From Myxococcota bacterium (GTDB lineage: Bacteria > Myxococcota_A > UBA796 > UBA2385): a DNA stretch of 64,000 nt. Made by a program: the position numbers and the translations under genes. The stretch lies in contig JBIJDH010000002.1 in the NCBI GenBank assembly GCA_044344255.1, forward strand, positions 352,001-416,000, given 5' to 3'. The notes beneath the pieces are model-generated. The model was given only the letters and a program-made list of their open reading frames with translations, was not told the origin of the DNA and searched no databases. Below, one piece after another: positions 17,518 to 25,160 of this stretch. Numbering within the stretch: the first letter of the stretch is position 1; the number at the start of each line of letters is the position of its first letter.

Positions 17518-18258
17518 TTGCCCGCCTGGCCCTTGCTCTTCGGGGTTCAGCTCCTCGTCTTGCTGGCGGTGGTTGGCGTAGGGCTGGAGCTTCTACCGCC
17601 AGTTTATTCCGTTTCGGCCCCGGTGGGTGACCGTGTGGCCGCCCTGCCCGCGAGCGCCGAGGCGGACGTCGAGCGGGCGCTCCGGGCCGCCGCGCCGACC
17701 CGCGCCCTCCTCCGCTCTGAAGAGACCGCCTTACGTTCCTTCCTCTCCCTCGCGGCCGAGGGGGCGCGGACGTCGGTAGACTCGCTCCACATCACCGAGG
17801 GGCCGCCCGACCCTGGGGGCCAGCGGGTGCTGGTGCGCGTGGTGGTCACCGGTGACCCCCTCGACGTGCCGATCTTCCTCGATGGATCGGCGCACCTCCG
17901 GGCCCTCGGCCTCCCGGAGCGGCTGGAGGTCGACGCGGTCGGCCCGGGGCGGGTGAGCGTCGTGCTCATCCTCTCCTTCTTGAGACCACCGGTGCCCGAC
18001 ACCGGGTGGGTCGCGGGGCGGTTGACGGACGAGCTGCCCGCGGCAGCCCCTCGGGCTGGCTTGTTTGAGGCCGCCGCCCGCCTCGCGGCGCTCCGAGCCC
18101 ATCAGCGGAGCCAGGATGAACGGAGCCAGGCCGCCGAGGAGGCCCGCAGGCTGCTCAACCGCGCGCTGCCGCCGGCGCTCCTCCGGCTCCGAGCCGAAGG
18201 CGGTAGCCTCACCTGGACCCGCGGCGGCCCCCTCCGGAGCTCGAAGCCCCCGGGATAG
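17518..18258 (+). CDS. bitopic membrane protein with possible PilO/GspM-like domain
   Basis: N-terminal TM; VRVVVTGDPLDVPIFLDGSAHL...ERLEV resembles the PilO/GspM ferredoxin-like pattern. Confidence 0.5.
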   Translation: MPAWPLLFGVQLLVLLAVVGVGLELLPPVYSVSAPVGDRVAALPASAEADVERALRAAAPTRALLRSEETALRSFLSLAAEGARTSVDSLHITEGPPDPGGQRVLVRVVVTGDPLDVPIFLDGSAHLRALGLPERLEVDAVGPGRVSVVLILSFLRPPVPDTGWVAGRLTDELPAAAPRAGLFEAAARLAALRAHQRSQDERSQAAEEARRLLNRALPPALLRLRAEGGSLTWTRGGPLRSSKPPG

Positions 18259-18294
18259 GCGGCTGGAGGTCAGCGGGCGGGCACCTCAGCCGCC
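18258..18294. terminator. inverted repeat between convergent genes (possible bidirectional terminator)
   Basis: GGCGGCTG(G)AGGT...ACCTCAGCCGCC; no U-tract. Confidence 0.4.
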
Positions 18295-19356
18295 GATCCG
18301 CATCCGGCGCACCTTCCCGATGGCGGCGATCCGCTCCTCGGCGAGCTGATTCGAGGCCTGGGTGGTGGTCACCCGGAGCGCCCGGGCCTTGTTGATCACG
18401 GCCTTGACCGTGTTGAAGATGTTCCCCGCCTCGGACATCACGCCGCTGTGTGGGGTGCCCTGGAGCTCGGCGTAGACGTTGATCAGGCCGCCCGCGTTGA
18501 TCACGTAGTCGGGGGCATAGACGATCCCTCCGGCTTCGAGGGCCTCGCCGTCGCGCGCCTCGTCGTCGAGCTGATTGTTTGCCGCCCCCGCGACGATCGG
18601 CGCCCGAATGCGAGGGATCGAGCTGGGGTTCAGGACGCCGCCGACCGCGCAGGGCGCGAGCACGTCGCACTCGGTCGCAAAGTAGTCCTCATCGTCCACG
18701 ATGGCGCCGCCGAAGGTCTCGAGGGCGAGCTTCAGCTTTCGGTGGGAGATGTCGCTGAACAGCAGCTTAGCGCCGTGCTCGTGGAGGGTGCGCGCCAAGT
18801 GGAAGCCGACGGCGCCCAGCCCTTGAATCGCCACCGTTCGACCGTTCACCTCCGGGACACCGAAGACGATCTCCAGGCAGGCTCGAATCCCCTGATACAC
18901 GCCCCAGGCCGTGACGGGAGAGGGGTCTCCGGAGCCGCCCTGGGCGGTCCCGAAGCCGGTGACCCACCGAGTCTCGCGGCGGATCCAATTCATATCCTCC
19001 ACGGTGGTGTTCATGTCTTCGGCGGTGATGTAACGCCCACCGAGGGACTCGATGTGGCGGCCGAAGGCCCGGAACAGAGCCTCGGACTTGATGGACGGAT
19101 CGCCCAGGATCACGGCCTTTCCACCGCCCAGGTCGAGCCCTGCCACGGCGGCCTTGTAGGTCATTCCGCGAGAGAGGCGGAGGACGTCGCGGACGGCGTC
19201 GGCTTCATTGGCGTAGTTGTACAGTCGAACGCCACCCAGTGCCGGGCCCAGCGCGGTGCTGTGGAGGCCGATGATGGCGCGGAGGCCGACGTCATCGTTC
19301 CGGCAGAAGATGAGCTGCTCGTGGCCGAGCTCGGAGAGGTCGGAGAAGATGCCCAT
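18286..19356 (-). CDS. ldh: Glu/Leu/Phe/Val dehydrogenase (leucine dehydrogenase-like)
   Basis: HSTALGPALGG, LSRGMTYK, GGGK, YITAEDM, GSGDPSPVTAWGV, GLGAVG, AGAANNQL, PDYVINAGG. Confidence 0.93.
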   Translation of the reverse strand: MGIFSDLSELGHEQLIFCRNDDVGLRAIIGLHSTALGPALGGVRLYNYANEADAVRDVLRLSRGMTYKAAVAGLDLGGGKAVILGDPSIKSEALFRAFGRHIESLGGRYITAEDMNTTVEDMNWIRRETRWVTGFGTAQGGSGDPSPVTAWGVYQGIRACLEIVFGVPEVNGRTVAIQGLGAVGFHLARTLHEHGAKLLFSDISHRKLKLALETFGGAIVDDEDYFATECDVLAPCAVGGVLNPSSIPRIRAPIVAGAANNQLDDEARDGEALEAGGIVYAPDYVINAGGLINVYAELQGTPHSGVMSEAGNIFNTVKAVINKARALRVTTTQASNQLAEERIAAIGKVRRMRIGG

Positions 19357-19383
19357 CGGCGCCTCGGGTGCGGGGGCGGTCCC

Positions 19384-20247
19384 CTATCCGGGGGCCGGCG
19401 CCGTCGCATCCAGCAGGGCCTGGGCCAGGGCGCGGGGGGCAGCGTCGAAGGGGACAACGGTCGCGCCGGCCGGGCACCAGACCGCAGGGTCCGTCGGACC
19501 GAAGAGGGCCCAGGTGGGGCAGCCCGCGGCCTGGGCGAGGTGGCTCGTGCCGGTGTCCATCCCCAGCCAGGCCCGAGCGGAGGCGGCGAGGGCGACGAGC
19601 GAGGGCAGGTCGAGCCCCTCGAGCACGAGCTCACCGGGAGCGGAGAAGGGGCCTTCGTCGCGGCCGGGGGCCCAGACCACCGGCACGCCCGCCTCGCGCA
19701 GGTGTCGGGCCACCGCCTCGAGGCCGGACCAGCGCTTCGCCGGCGCGGCGGCCCCTGGCGCCAGCACCACCGCCCCCGCAGGGATCTGCCGCTCCAGCGT
19801 CGCCCGGAGGCGAGGGTCGGCCGAGAGGCGAGGGGGGCGGTCGGCCGCGACGCCGAGCAGGGGCGCGTTGAAGTGCCGCAGCGCCGAGACGCCGGTCGGC
19901 GGGCGCGGCGCGACCTCCACCACCTCGGGGACGCCGAGGTTGCGCAGGCCCTCGGCCACCCCCGGGGTGTAGACGAGGGCGAAGTCGGGCAGGGGGTGGG
20001 GCGGCGCGCCGCCACCATGGAGCCAGAGGGCCGCTGCGGATCGGGGGTCGGTGACGCTTTTTGCGGACCCCGGAGGGAGGAGCGCCACGTAGCGGGGGTC
20101 AGCGACGAGATCGATGGCCAGGCCGCGCTCCCCGAGGGCACGGACCGAGGGCTCGACGAGGATGAAGTCCCCGAGCGCTCCCCCGCGAACCACCAGCGCT
20201 CGCCCCGCCCCCCGGCCAGCCTCCGGTCGATGTAGAATGTTCGGCAT
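19384..20247 (-). CDS. glycosyltransferase family 9 (heptosyltransferase-like)
   Basis: RGGALGDFIL, LAPGAAAPAKRW, GMDTGTSHLAQAAG..T.ALFGPTDP..W.P; start uncertain. Confidence 0.85.
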   Translation of the reverse strand: MPNILHRPEAGRGAGRALVVRGGALGDFILVEPSVRALGERGLAIDLVADPRYVALLPPGSAKSVTDPRSAAALWLHGGGAPPHPLPDFALVYTPGVAEGLRNLGVPEVVEVAPRPPTGVSALRHFNAPLLGVAADRPPRLSADPRLRATLERQIPAGAVVLAPGAAAPAKRWSGLEAVARHLREAGVPVVWAPGRDEGPFSAPGELVLEGLDLPSLVALAASARAWLGMDTGTSHLAQAAGCPTWALFGPTDPAVWCPAGATVVPFDAAPRALAQALLDATAPAPG

Positions 20248-21454
20248 GGATGACGCCCTCGTAGAACGTTGGAGAGGTGGTGACGCGAACGCGACCACCG
20301 CGGTGCGAAACTCGGTGCGGAGCGTCGCCGAGCGGGTGCTCGGTCACTCCGCCCTGATCTCCGAGGCCGGCCCCAAGTGGAAGGCCCGCCTCCGCGATGA
20401 AGATCAGCGGCGAGAGCTGACGGTGACCATCGCAAAGGAGGTCATGAGCCGCAAGGCGGAGAGCGCGGCGGCGCTCACGGCCTCCGCCTTGATGGCCGCT
20501 TGTCGGCAGGCGGTCGAGGCGCTGCGGGAGGGCCGAACCGTCTCGGCCGAGATTACCCACCTCCCGCCGCCGGTGCTGGTCACCGGCGCCCTCGCCCCCG
20601 ACAGCATCGCCCCCCGCATGCGCGAGGCCCTCGACAAGCACGTCAGCGTCTGCCCCGCCTGCGCCGCCGACATGCGGGTGCTCGAGCGCATCGTCCACAC
20701 GCAGGAGGCCTTCGAGCCGATCGAGCCGAGCAGCGTGAGCGCGGACGTCCACGGGATCGACTCCGAGGGCATCGACCTCGAGGCGTTGATGCGCGACGCC
20801 ATCCAAGAGGGGGAGGCCCCCGCCAGCGAAGGGGCCGCACCGCGGCCCGGCCGTCGCCCGGGGGGCGCCGCGGGCTCTGCTCGCCCGAGCCGCCCCGCCG
20901 CGGCGCCCGCCCCCCGTCGCTCGGGGTGGATGATCATGGCGCCGGCGCTCCTGCTCTTCGGCGCCTTCGCGGTGTGGATGTGGAAGAGCCGGACCCCGGA
21001 GGGCCCGCTGATCCTCGCCGACGCGGGGCAGCTCTCGGCCCTCGCGGATCGTCGGGTCCCCGAGATCTCGCGCCTCGCAGAGCTGCCGCCGGAGGCCCAG
21101 TTCGCGCTCGGCGACCTCAGCGCTGGGGACTGCCGCAGCGCGGCGGGCCGCTTTCAGGACGCCCGCAAGAAGCAGCCGGCGGCCCTCGACCTCTATTGGC
21201 TGGAGGCCGCCGCCTTCGTCTGCGCTGGCGATGCCCGCTACGCCAAGAAGGCCTTCGAGGCGCTCGACGCCGCGGTCCTCGCGGGCGGGAAGATGCCCGG
21301 CGAGGCCTGGTGGGTGCGGGCACAGGTCTCCCTGCTCGCAGGGGACGGCCCGGGCGCCATCGACGCCCTCGGGAAGACCGAGCTCTTTGATCCCCAGCAC
21401 CGAGACGCCGCCGCCGAGCAGAAACGGAGGGTCCTGTCGGCGGTCGGCTCGTAG
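20237..21454 (+). CDS. membrane protein: ECF sigma-2-like N-terminus, zf-HC2 (HxxxCxxC), TM helix, TPR-like C-terminus
   Basis: DDALVERWRGGDANA; LDKHVSVCPACAAD; TM WMIMAPALLLFGAFAVWMW; helical-repeat C-terminus (AWWVRAQVSLLAGDGPGAIDAL). Confidence 0.7.
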   Translation: MFGMDDALVERWRGGDANATTAVRNSVRSVAERVLGHSALISEAGPKWKARLRDEDQRRELTVTIAKEVMSRKAESAAALTASALMAACRQAVEALREGRTVSAEITHLPPPVLVTGALAPDSIAPRMREALDKHVSVCPACAADMRVLERIVHTQEAFEPIEPSSVSADVHGIDSEGIDLEALMRDAIQEGEAPASEGAAPRPGRRPGGAAGSARPSRPAAAPAPRRSGWMIMAPALLLFGAFAVWMWKSRTPEGPLILADAGQLSALADRRVPEISRLAELPPEAQFALGDLSAGDCRSAAGRFQDARKKQPAALDLYWLEAAAFVCAGDARYAKKAFEALDAAVLAGGKMPGEAWWVRAQVSLLAGDGPGAIDALGKTELFDPQHRDAAAEQKRRVLSAVGS

Positions 21455-21464
21455 TCGGGGGCCT

Positions 21465-22625
21465 TCAGTAGGTCGGCAGCGAGGGATCGACCTCGGTGGC
21501 CCAGGCGGTGATCCCGCCCTCCATGTTGGTGACGCGGGTGTAGCCTGCGGCGACCAGCGCCTCGGCGGCCTTGGCCGAGCGACCGCCCATCTTGCAGTGC
21601 ACGAGGATGTCCCGATCTCGGGGGATGCGGTCGAGCTGCCCGCTCACCTCGTCGTGGGGGATGAGGGCGTCGGCGAAGGCCAGGCGGACGATGTCAGCCT
21701 CGGTGGCCCGTCGCACGTCGAGCACGAAGGGAGCCCAGCCGGCGTCGAGGCGGGCCTTGATCTCGGTGACTGACTGGCGGGCGAAGCCCTCGGCGGCGGC
21801 GTCGGGCACCTCATGCGCCCCGGGGATGCCGCAGAACTGCTGGTAGTCGATGAGGCCGGTGATCGGCGGGCAGCTCGGGTCCTTCCGGAGCTTGAGCTCG
21901 CGGAAGGTCATGTTGAGGGCGTCGTAGAGCAGCAGGCGCCCGGAGAGGGTTGTGCCCTTGCCAAGGATGATCTTCACGGTCTCGGTGGCCTGGATGCAGC
22001 CGATGACCCCGGGGAGGATGCCGAGCACGCCACCCTCGGCGCAGGAGGGCACGAGGCCGGGGGGCGGCGGCTCGGGGTAGAGGTCGCGGTACTGCGGGCC
22101 GCCTTGGTAGTTGAAGACGCTCGCCTGGCCTTCGAACTTGAAGATGCTGCCGTAGACGTTCGGCTTGCACAGCAGCACGCAGGCGTCGTTGACGAGGTAG
22201 CGGGTGGGGAAGTTGTCCGTCCCGTCCACCACGATGTCGTAGGGGGCGAGGATCTGGAGCGCGTTCTCCGCGGTCAGCGCCACCTCGTAGGTGTCGACCT
22301 GGCAGCGGGGGTTGATGTCCAGGATGCGGTCGCGGGCCGAGTGCAGCTTCGGCCGGCCGACGTTCTTGGTGCCGTGGATGACCTGCCGCTGCAGGTTCGA
22401 CTCGTCTACGACGTCGAAGTCAACGATACCGATGCGGCCGACGCCCGCGGCGGCGAGGTAGAGCAGGAGCGGTGAGCCGAGGCCGCCCGTTCCCACGCAG
22501 AGCACGCTCGCGCCCTTGAGGCGTCGCTGGCCCTCGACGCCCACCTCATCGAGGATGAGGTGCCGGGAGTAGCGGGCATAATCGGCGGCGTCCAGCGAGG
22601 GCAGCTCGGCCGTGGCTGCGCTCAT
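21465..22625 (-). CDS. moeZ: MoeB/MoeZ-type E1-like adenylyltransferase with C-terminal rhodanese
   Basis: RYSRHLIL, GTGGLGSP, DFDVVDESNLQRQ, DGTDNFPTRY, PSCAEGGVLG, rhodanese HCKMGGRS. Confidence 0.93.
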   Translation of the reverse strand: MSAATAELPSLDAADYARYSRHLILDEVGVEGQRRLKGASVLCVGTGGLGSPLLLYLAAAGVGRIGIVDFDVVDESNLQRQVIHGTKNVGRPKLHSARDRILDINPRCQVDTYEVALTAENALQILAPYDIVVDGTDNFPTRYLVNDACVLLCKPNVYGSIFKFEGQASVFNYQGGPQYRDLYPEPPPPGLVPSCAEGGVLGILPGVIGCIQATETVKIILGKGTTLSGRLLLYDALNMTFRELKLRKDPSCPPITGLIDYQQFCGIPGAHEVPDAAAEGFARQSVTEIKARLDAGWAPFVLDVRRATEADIVRLAFADALIPHDEVSGQLDRIPRDRDILVHCKMGGRSAKAAEALVAAGYTRVTNMEGGITAWATEVDPSLPTY

Positions 22626-22936
22626 GACCGGCCGCCGGCGATCGAAGGCACGATGATCAGGCTGTCACCCGCTCGAAGGGCAGTCGTCTCCTTCTCGGGG
22701 AGGAAACGGATGTCTTCGTCGTTGAGGTAGACGTTGACGAAGCTGCGGAGCTTGCCGGTGGTGTCGCGGAGGTGCTTGTTGAGGGCGGTGTGGGTGGTGG
22801 TCAGCCGCTCGAGGGCCCCACCGACGGTGGTGGCGTCGAGCTCCACGGTGGCCAGCCCGCCCGTGTACGAGCGCAGCGCGGTGGGGATGGAGATCTTGAC
22901 GGGCACGCTCTTCGTGGGTGTTTCGTCGGTGGACAC
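22622..22936 (-). CDS. MoaD/ThiS/CysO family ubiquitin-like sulfur carrier, ending IAGG-RS
   Basis: ISIPTALRSYTGG...LRSFVNVYLNDEDIRFL...T.L..GD.L.IVPSIAGGRS*; GTG start with GGAG RBS; ATGA overlap with moeZ. Confidence 0.92.
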   Translation of the reverse strand: MSTDETPTKSVPVKISIPTALRSYTGGLATVELDATTVGGALERLTTTHTALNKHLRDTTGKLRSFVNVYLNDEDIRFLPEKETTALRAGDSLIIVPSIAGGRS

Positions 22937-22938
22937 GG

Positions 22939-23475
22939 TCAGGGCTCCAAAGCAGGAGGGTGTGGGGGGGCCGCGGGCTCCGCGACCGGGGGCGCAGGCG
23001 CGATCTGGAGGGCCTCGTGATCCATCACGCTGCGGTCTTCTCGCAGGCGCCAGGCGAGGGTGTCCACCACCCGGGGGCCCGCGGGGGAGCCCTCGACGGC
23101 GGCGATGACGTAGCTCAAGTTCGGCAGGGCCTGATCCCGGTCGCTGTCGGACCACGCGGCGGGGTGGTCGGGGTGCGAGTGGTAGTAGCCGAGCAGGTCG
23201 AGGCCTTCGGCCTGGAGGGCCTCCTCGGCCCGCATCACCGTGAGCCCGCTCACCTGGTAGCGGCGGGCGGCGTCGGCGGCGCGCTCATTGGTCAGCGGCA
23301 CCACCCGCGTGACCTTGGCCTCGGCGGGGTCTTCACCGCGACGCCCGGCGAGGATACCGACGACCTCGTAGGGGAAGCCGGCGACCGCGTGATCGTGGAG
23401 GCGCGAGAGCTCGGCCTCGGGGAGGCTGAGGCGGGTGCCGGAGGGGTGGCGCTCGCGGGGGATGAGCGAGGACAT
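22939..23475 (-). CDS. JAB/JAMM (Mov34/MPN, M67) metallopeptidase, Mec-like
   Basis: FPYEVVGIL (catalytic E) and YHSHPDHPAAWSDSD (HxH-x7-S-x2-D). Confidence 0.92.
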   Translation of the reverse strand: MSSLIPRERHPSGTRLSLPEAELSRLHDHAVAGFPYEVVGILAGRRGEDPAEAKVTRVVPLTNERAADAARRYQVSGLTVMRAEEALQAEGLDLLGYYHSHPDHPAAWSDSDRDQALPNLSYVIAAVEGSPAGPRVVDTLAWRLREDRSVMDHEALQIAPAPPVAEPAAPPHPPALEP

Positions 23476-23476
23476 C

Positions 23477-24451
23477 TCAGCGGTGCCCGCGGTGGCCGAC
23501 GCCGAAGACGTGGGCCTCGGAGAGGTAGCGCTCGCCGCTATCGGGGAGGACCGCGACCACCACGCCCTGATCGAGCTGGCGGCCGATCTCGAGCGCGCCC
23601 CAGACGGCGGCGCCGCTGCTGATGCCGCAGAGGATCCCCTCCTCTCGGGCGAGGCGGCGCACCAGCTCGATGCTCTCCTCGGTGGGGACCCCGAGGTCGA
23701 GGTCGGCGAGGGCGGGGTCGTAGATCGGCGGCACGATGGCGCTCTCCATGTGCTTCGTGCCCTCGAGCCCATGAAAGGGGGAGTCGGGCTGGAGCGAGAC
23801 ACACTGGATGCGGGGGTCGCGAGATTTGAGGTAGCGCGCGGTGCCCATGAAGGTGCCGCTCGTGCCGAGCGTGGCCGTGAAGTGCGTGACGCGGCCGCCG
23901 GTGTCTCGCCAGATCTCGGGGCCTGTGCTGCGGAAGTGCGCCTGCCAGTTGGCGTCGTTGCCGTACTGGTCGAGGTAGACGTAGCGCTCGGGCTCGGCGG
24001 CGAAGAGCTCGCGGGCCTTGCGGATCGCGCCGTCCGAGCCCTCGAGGGGGTCGGTCTCGACGATGTTCACGCCGTAAGCCCGCAGGGTGGCCTTCCGCTC
24101 GGCGTTGGCGTTGCTGGGCAGGCAGAGGGTGAGCGTGTAGCCGCGCACGGCGGCGATGAGCCCGTAGGCGATGCCGGTGTTGCCGGAGGACGAGTCGAGG
24201 ATCTCCATCCCGGGCCGCAGTCGGCCGCTGGCCTCGGCCTCGAGCACCATGGAGAGCGCGGCGCGGTCCTTCACGGAGCCGCCGGGGTTGTAATGCTCGA
24301 GCTTGACCCAGAGCTCGACGGCGTCTGGCACGGCGCCCTTCGTCACGCTGCGGAGGCGCACCAGCGGCGTATTGCCGACCCGCGCGAGCAGCCCGTCCAG
24401 CCCGGCCCAGGGCGGCCCGAGCTCCTGCGGCGCTGCGTGTCCGATCGCCAT
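23477..24451 (-). CDS. cysM: PLP-dependent cysteine synthase (CysM-like)
   Basis: VGNTPLV, KLEHYNPGGSVKDR (PLP Lys), SSGNTG, GTSGT, GISSGA, PDSGERYLS. Confidence 0.93.
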   Translation of the reverse strand: MAIGHAAPQELGPPWAGLDGLLARVGNTPLVRLRSVTKGAVPDAVELWVKLEHYNPGGSVKDRAALSMVLEAEASGRLRPGMEILDSSSGNTGIAYGLIAAVRGYTLTLCLPSNANAERKATLRAYGVNIVETDPLEGSDGAIRKARELFAAEPERYVYLDQYGNDANWQAHFRSTGPEIWRDTGGRVTHFTATLGTSGTFMGTARYLKSRDPRIQCVSLQPDSPFHGLEGTKHMESAIVPPIYDPALADLDLGVPTEESIELVRRLAREEGILCGISSGAAVWGALEIGRQLDQGVVVAVLPDSGERYLSEAHVFGVGHRGHR

Positions 24452-24587
24452 CGATACCTCAGGGAAATGGCAGGGAGGACGGGAGGTTCCGTCTCCAGTG
24501 GAAGGTGCGCGCGGCCCGCGGAGGGGGGCGCCGCCGAGGGCCGAGCAGTCTACCCGGGCTCCACCCGTTGTCGACCCTCCGGAGTGT

Positions 24588-25160
24588 CTACACACCCGTG
24601 TGGGGGAGGGCAACGGCGGCGGCCTGCGCGGCCTCGCAGGCGAGCAAGATGTCGCTCGGCTCCGCGAGGCCGCCGGGGCCGACGTCACCGCAGGCGAGCC
24701 GCTTCTCGACGGGCGCCACGATCTGGAAGCGGTCGCCGAGCTCCCTGAGCCAGCGCAGGTTTCGTTGGTTGATGGGGTTCGCCCACATCTCGGTGTTCAT
24801 CGCGGGGGCCAGCACCACGGGCCGGCCCCGCGGCAGCGCGAGGAGCACGGTGCTGAGCGCGTCGTCTCCGATCCCGAGGGCGATCTTGGTGAGCGTGTTC
24901 GCGGTAGCCGGGGCCACGCAGACCACCTCGGCCCACTTGGCCCACTCGATGTGGGCGAGGGCGTTGCCCTGGGCGAGGTGCCCGTCGCCGACGAGGGGGG
25001 GCGTGCCGGAGAGGGCCTCGAAGCTGAGCGGACCGACGAAGCGCGCCGCGTTGGCGGTCATCAGCACGCGCACCTCATGGCCGCGCTTGCGAGCGAGGCT
25101 CAAGAGCTCGCAGGCCCGATAGGCCGCGATGCCGCCGCTGACCCCGAGCAGCAGCCTCAC
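24588..25160 (-). CDS. coaC: stand-alone phosphopantothenoylcysteine decarboxylase (CoaC; HFCD flavoprotein)
   Basis: GVSGGIAAY, HIEWAKWA, APATANT..K, PAMNTEMW, LACGDVGPG; no CoaB domain; GTGA overlap with the upstream gene. Confidence 0.85.
   Translation of the reverse strand: MRLLLGVSGGIAAYRACELLSLARKRGHEVRVLMTANAARFVGPLSFEALSGTPPLVGDGHLAQGNALAHIEWAKWAEVVCVAPATANTLTKIALGIGDDALSTVLLALPRGRPVVLAPAMNTEMWANPINQRNLRWLRELGDRFQIVAPVEKRLACGDVGPGGLAEPSDILLACEAAQAAAVALPHTGV

Noticed and set aside
21465..23475. Anti-phage ubiquitin-like system (CBASS Cap2/Cap3 or Bil type)
   Set aside because: No E2, cyclase or effector; the E1 carries a rhodanese and the operon includes cysteine synthase, which points to sulfur transfer.
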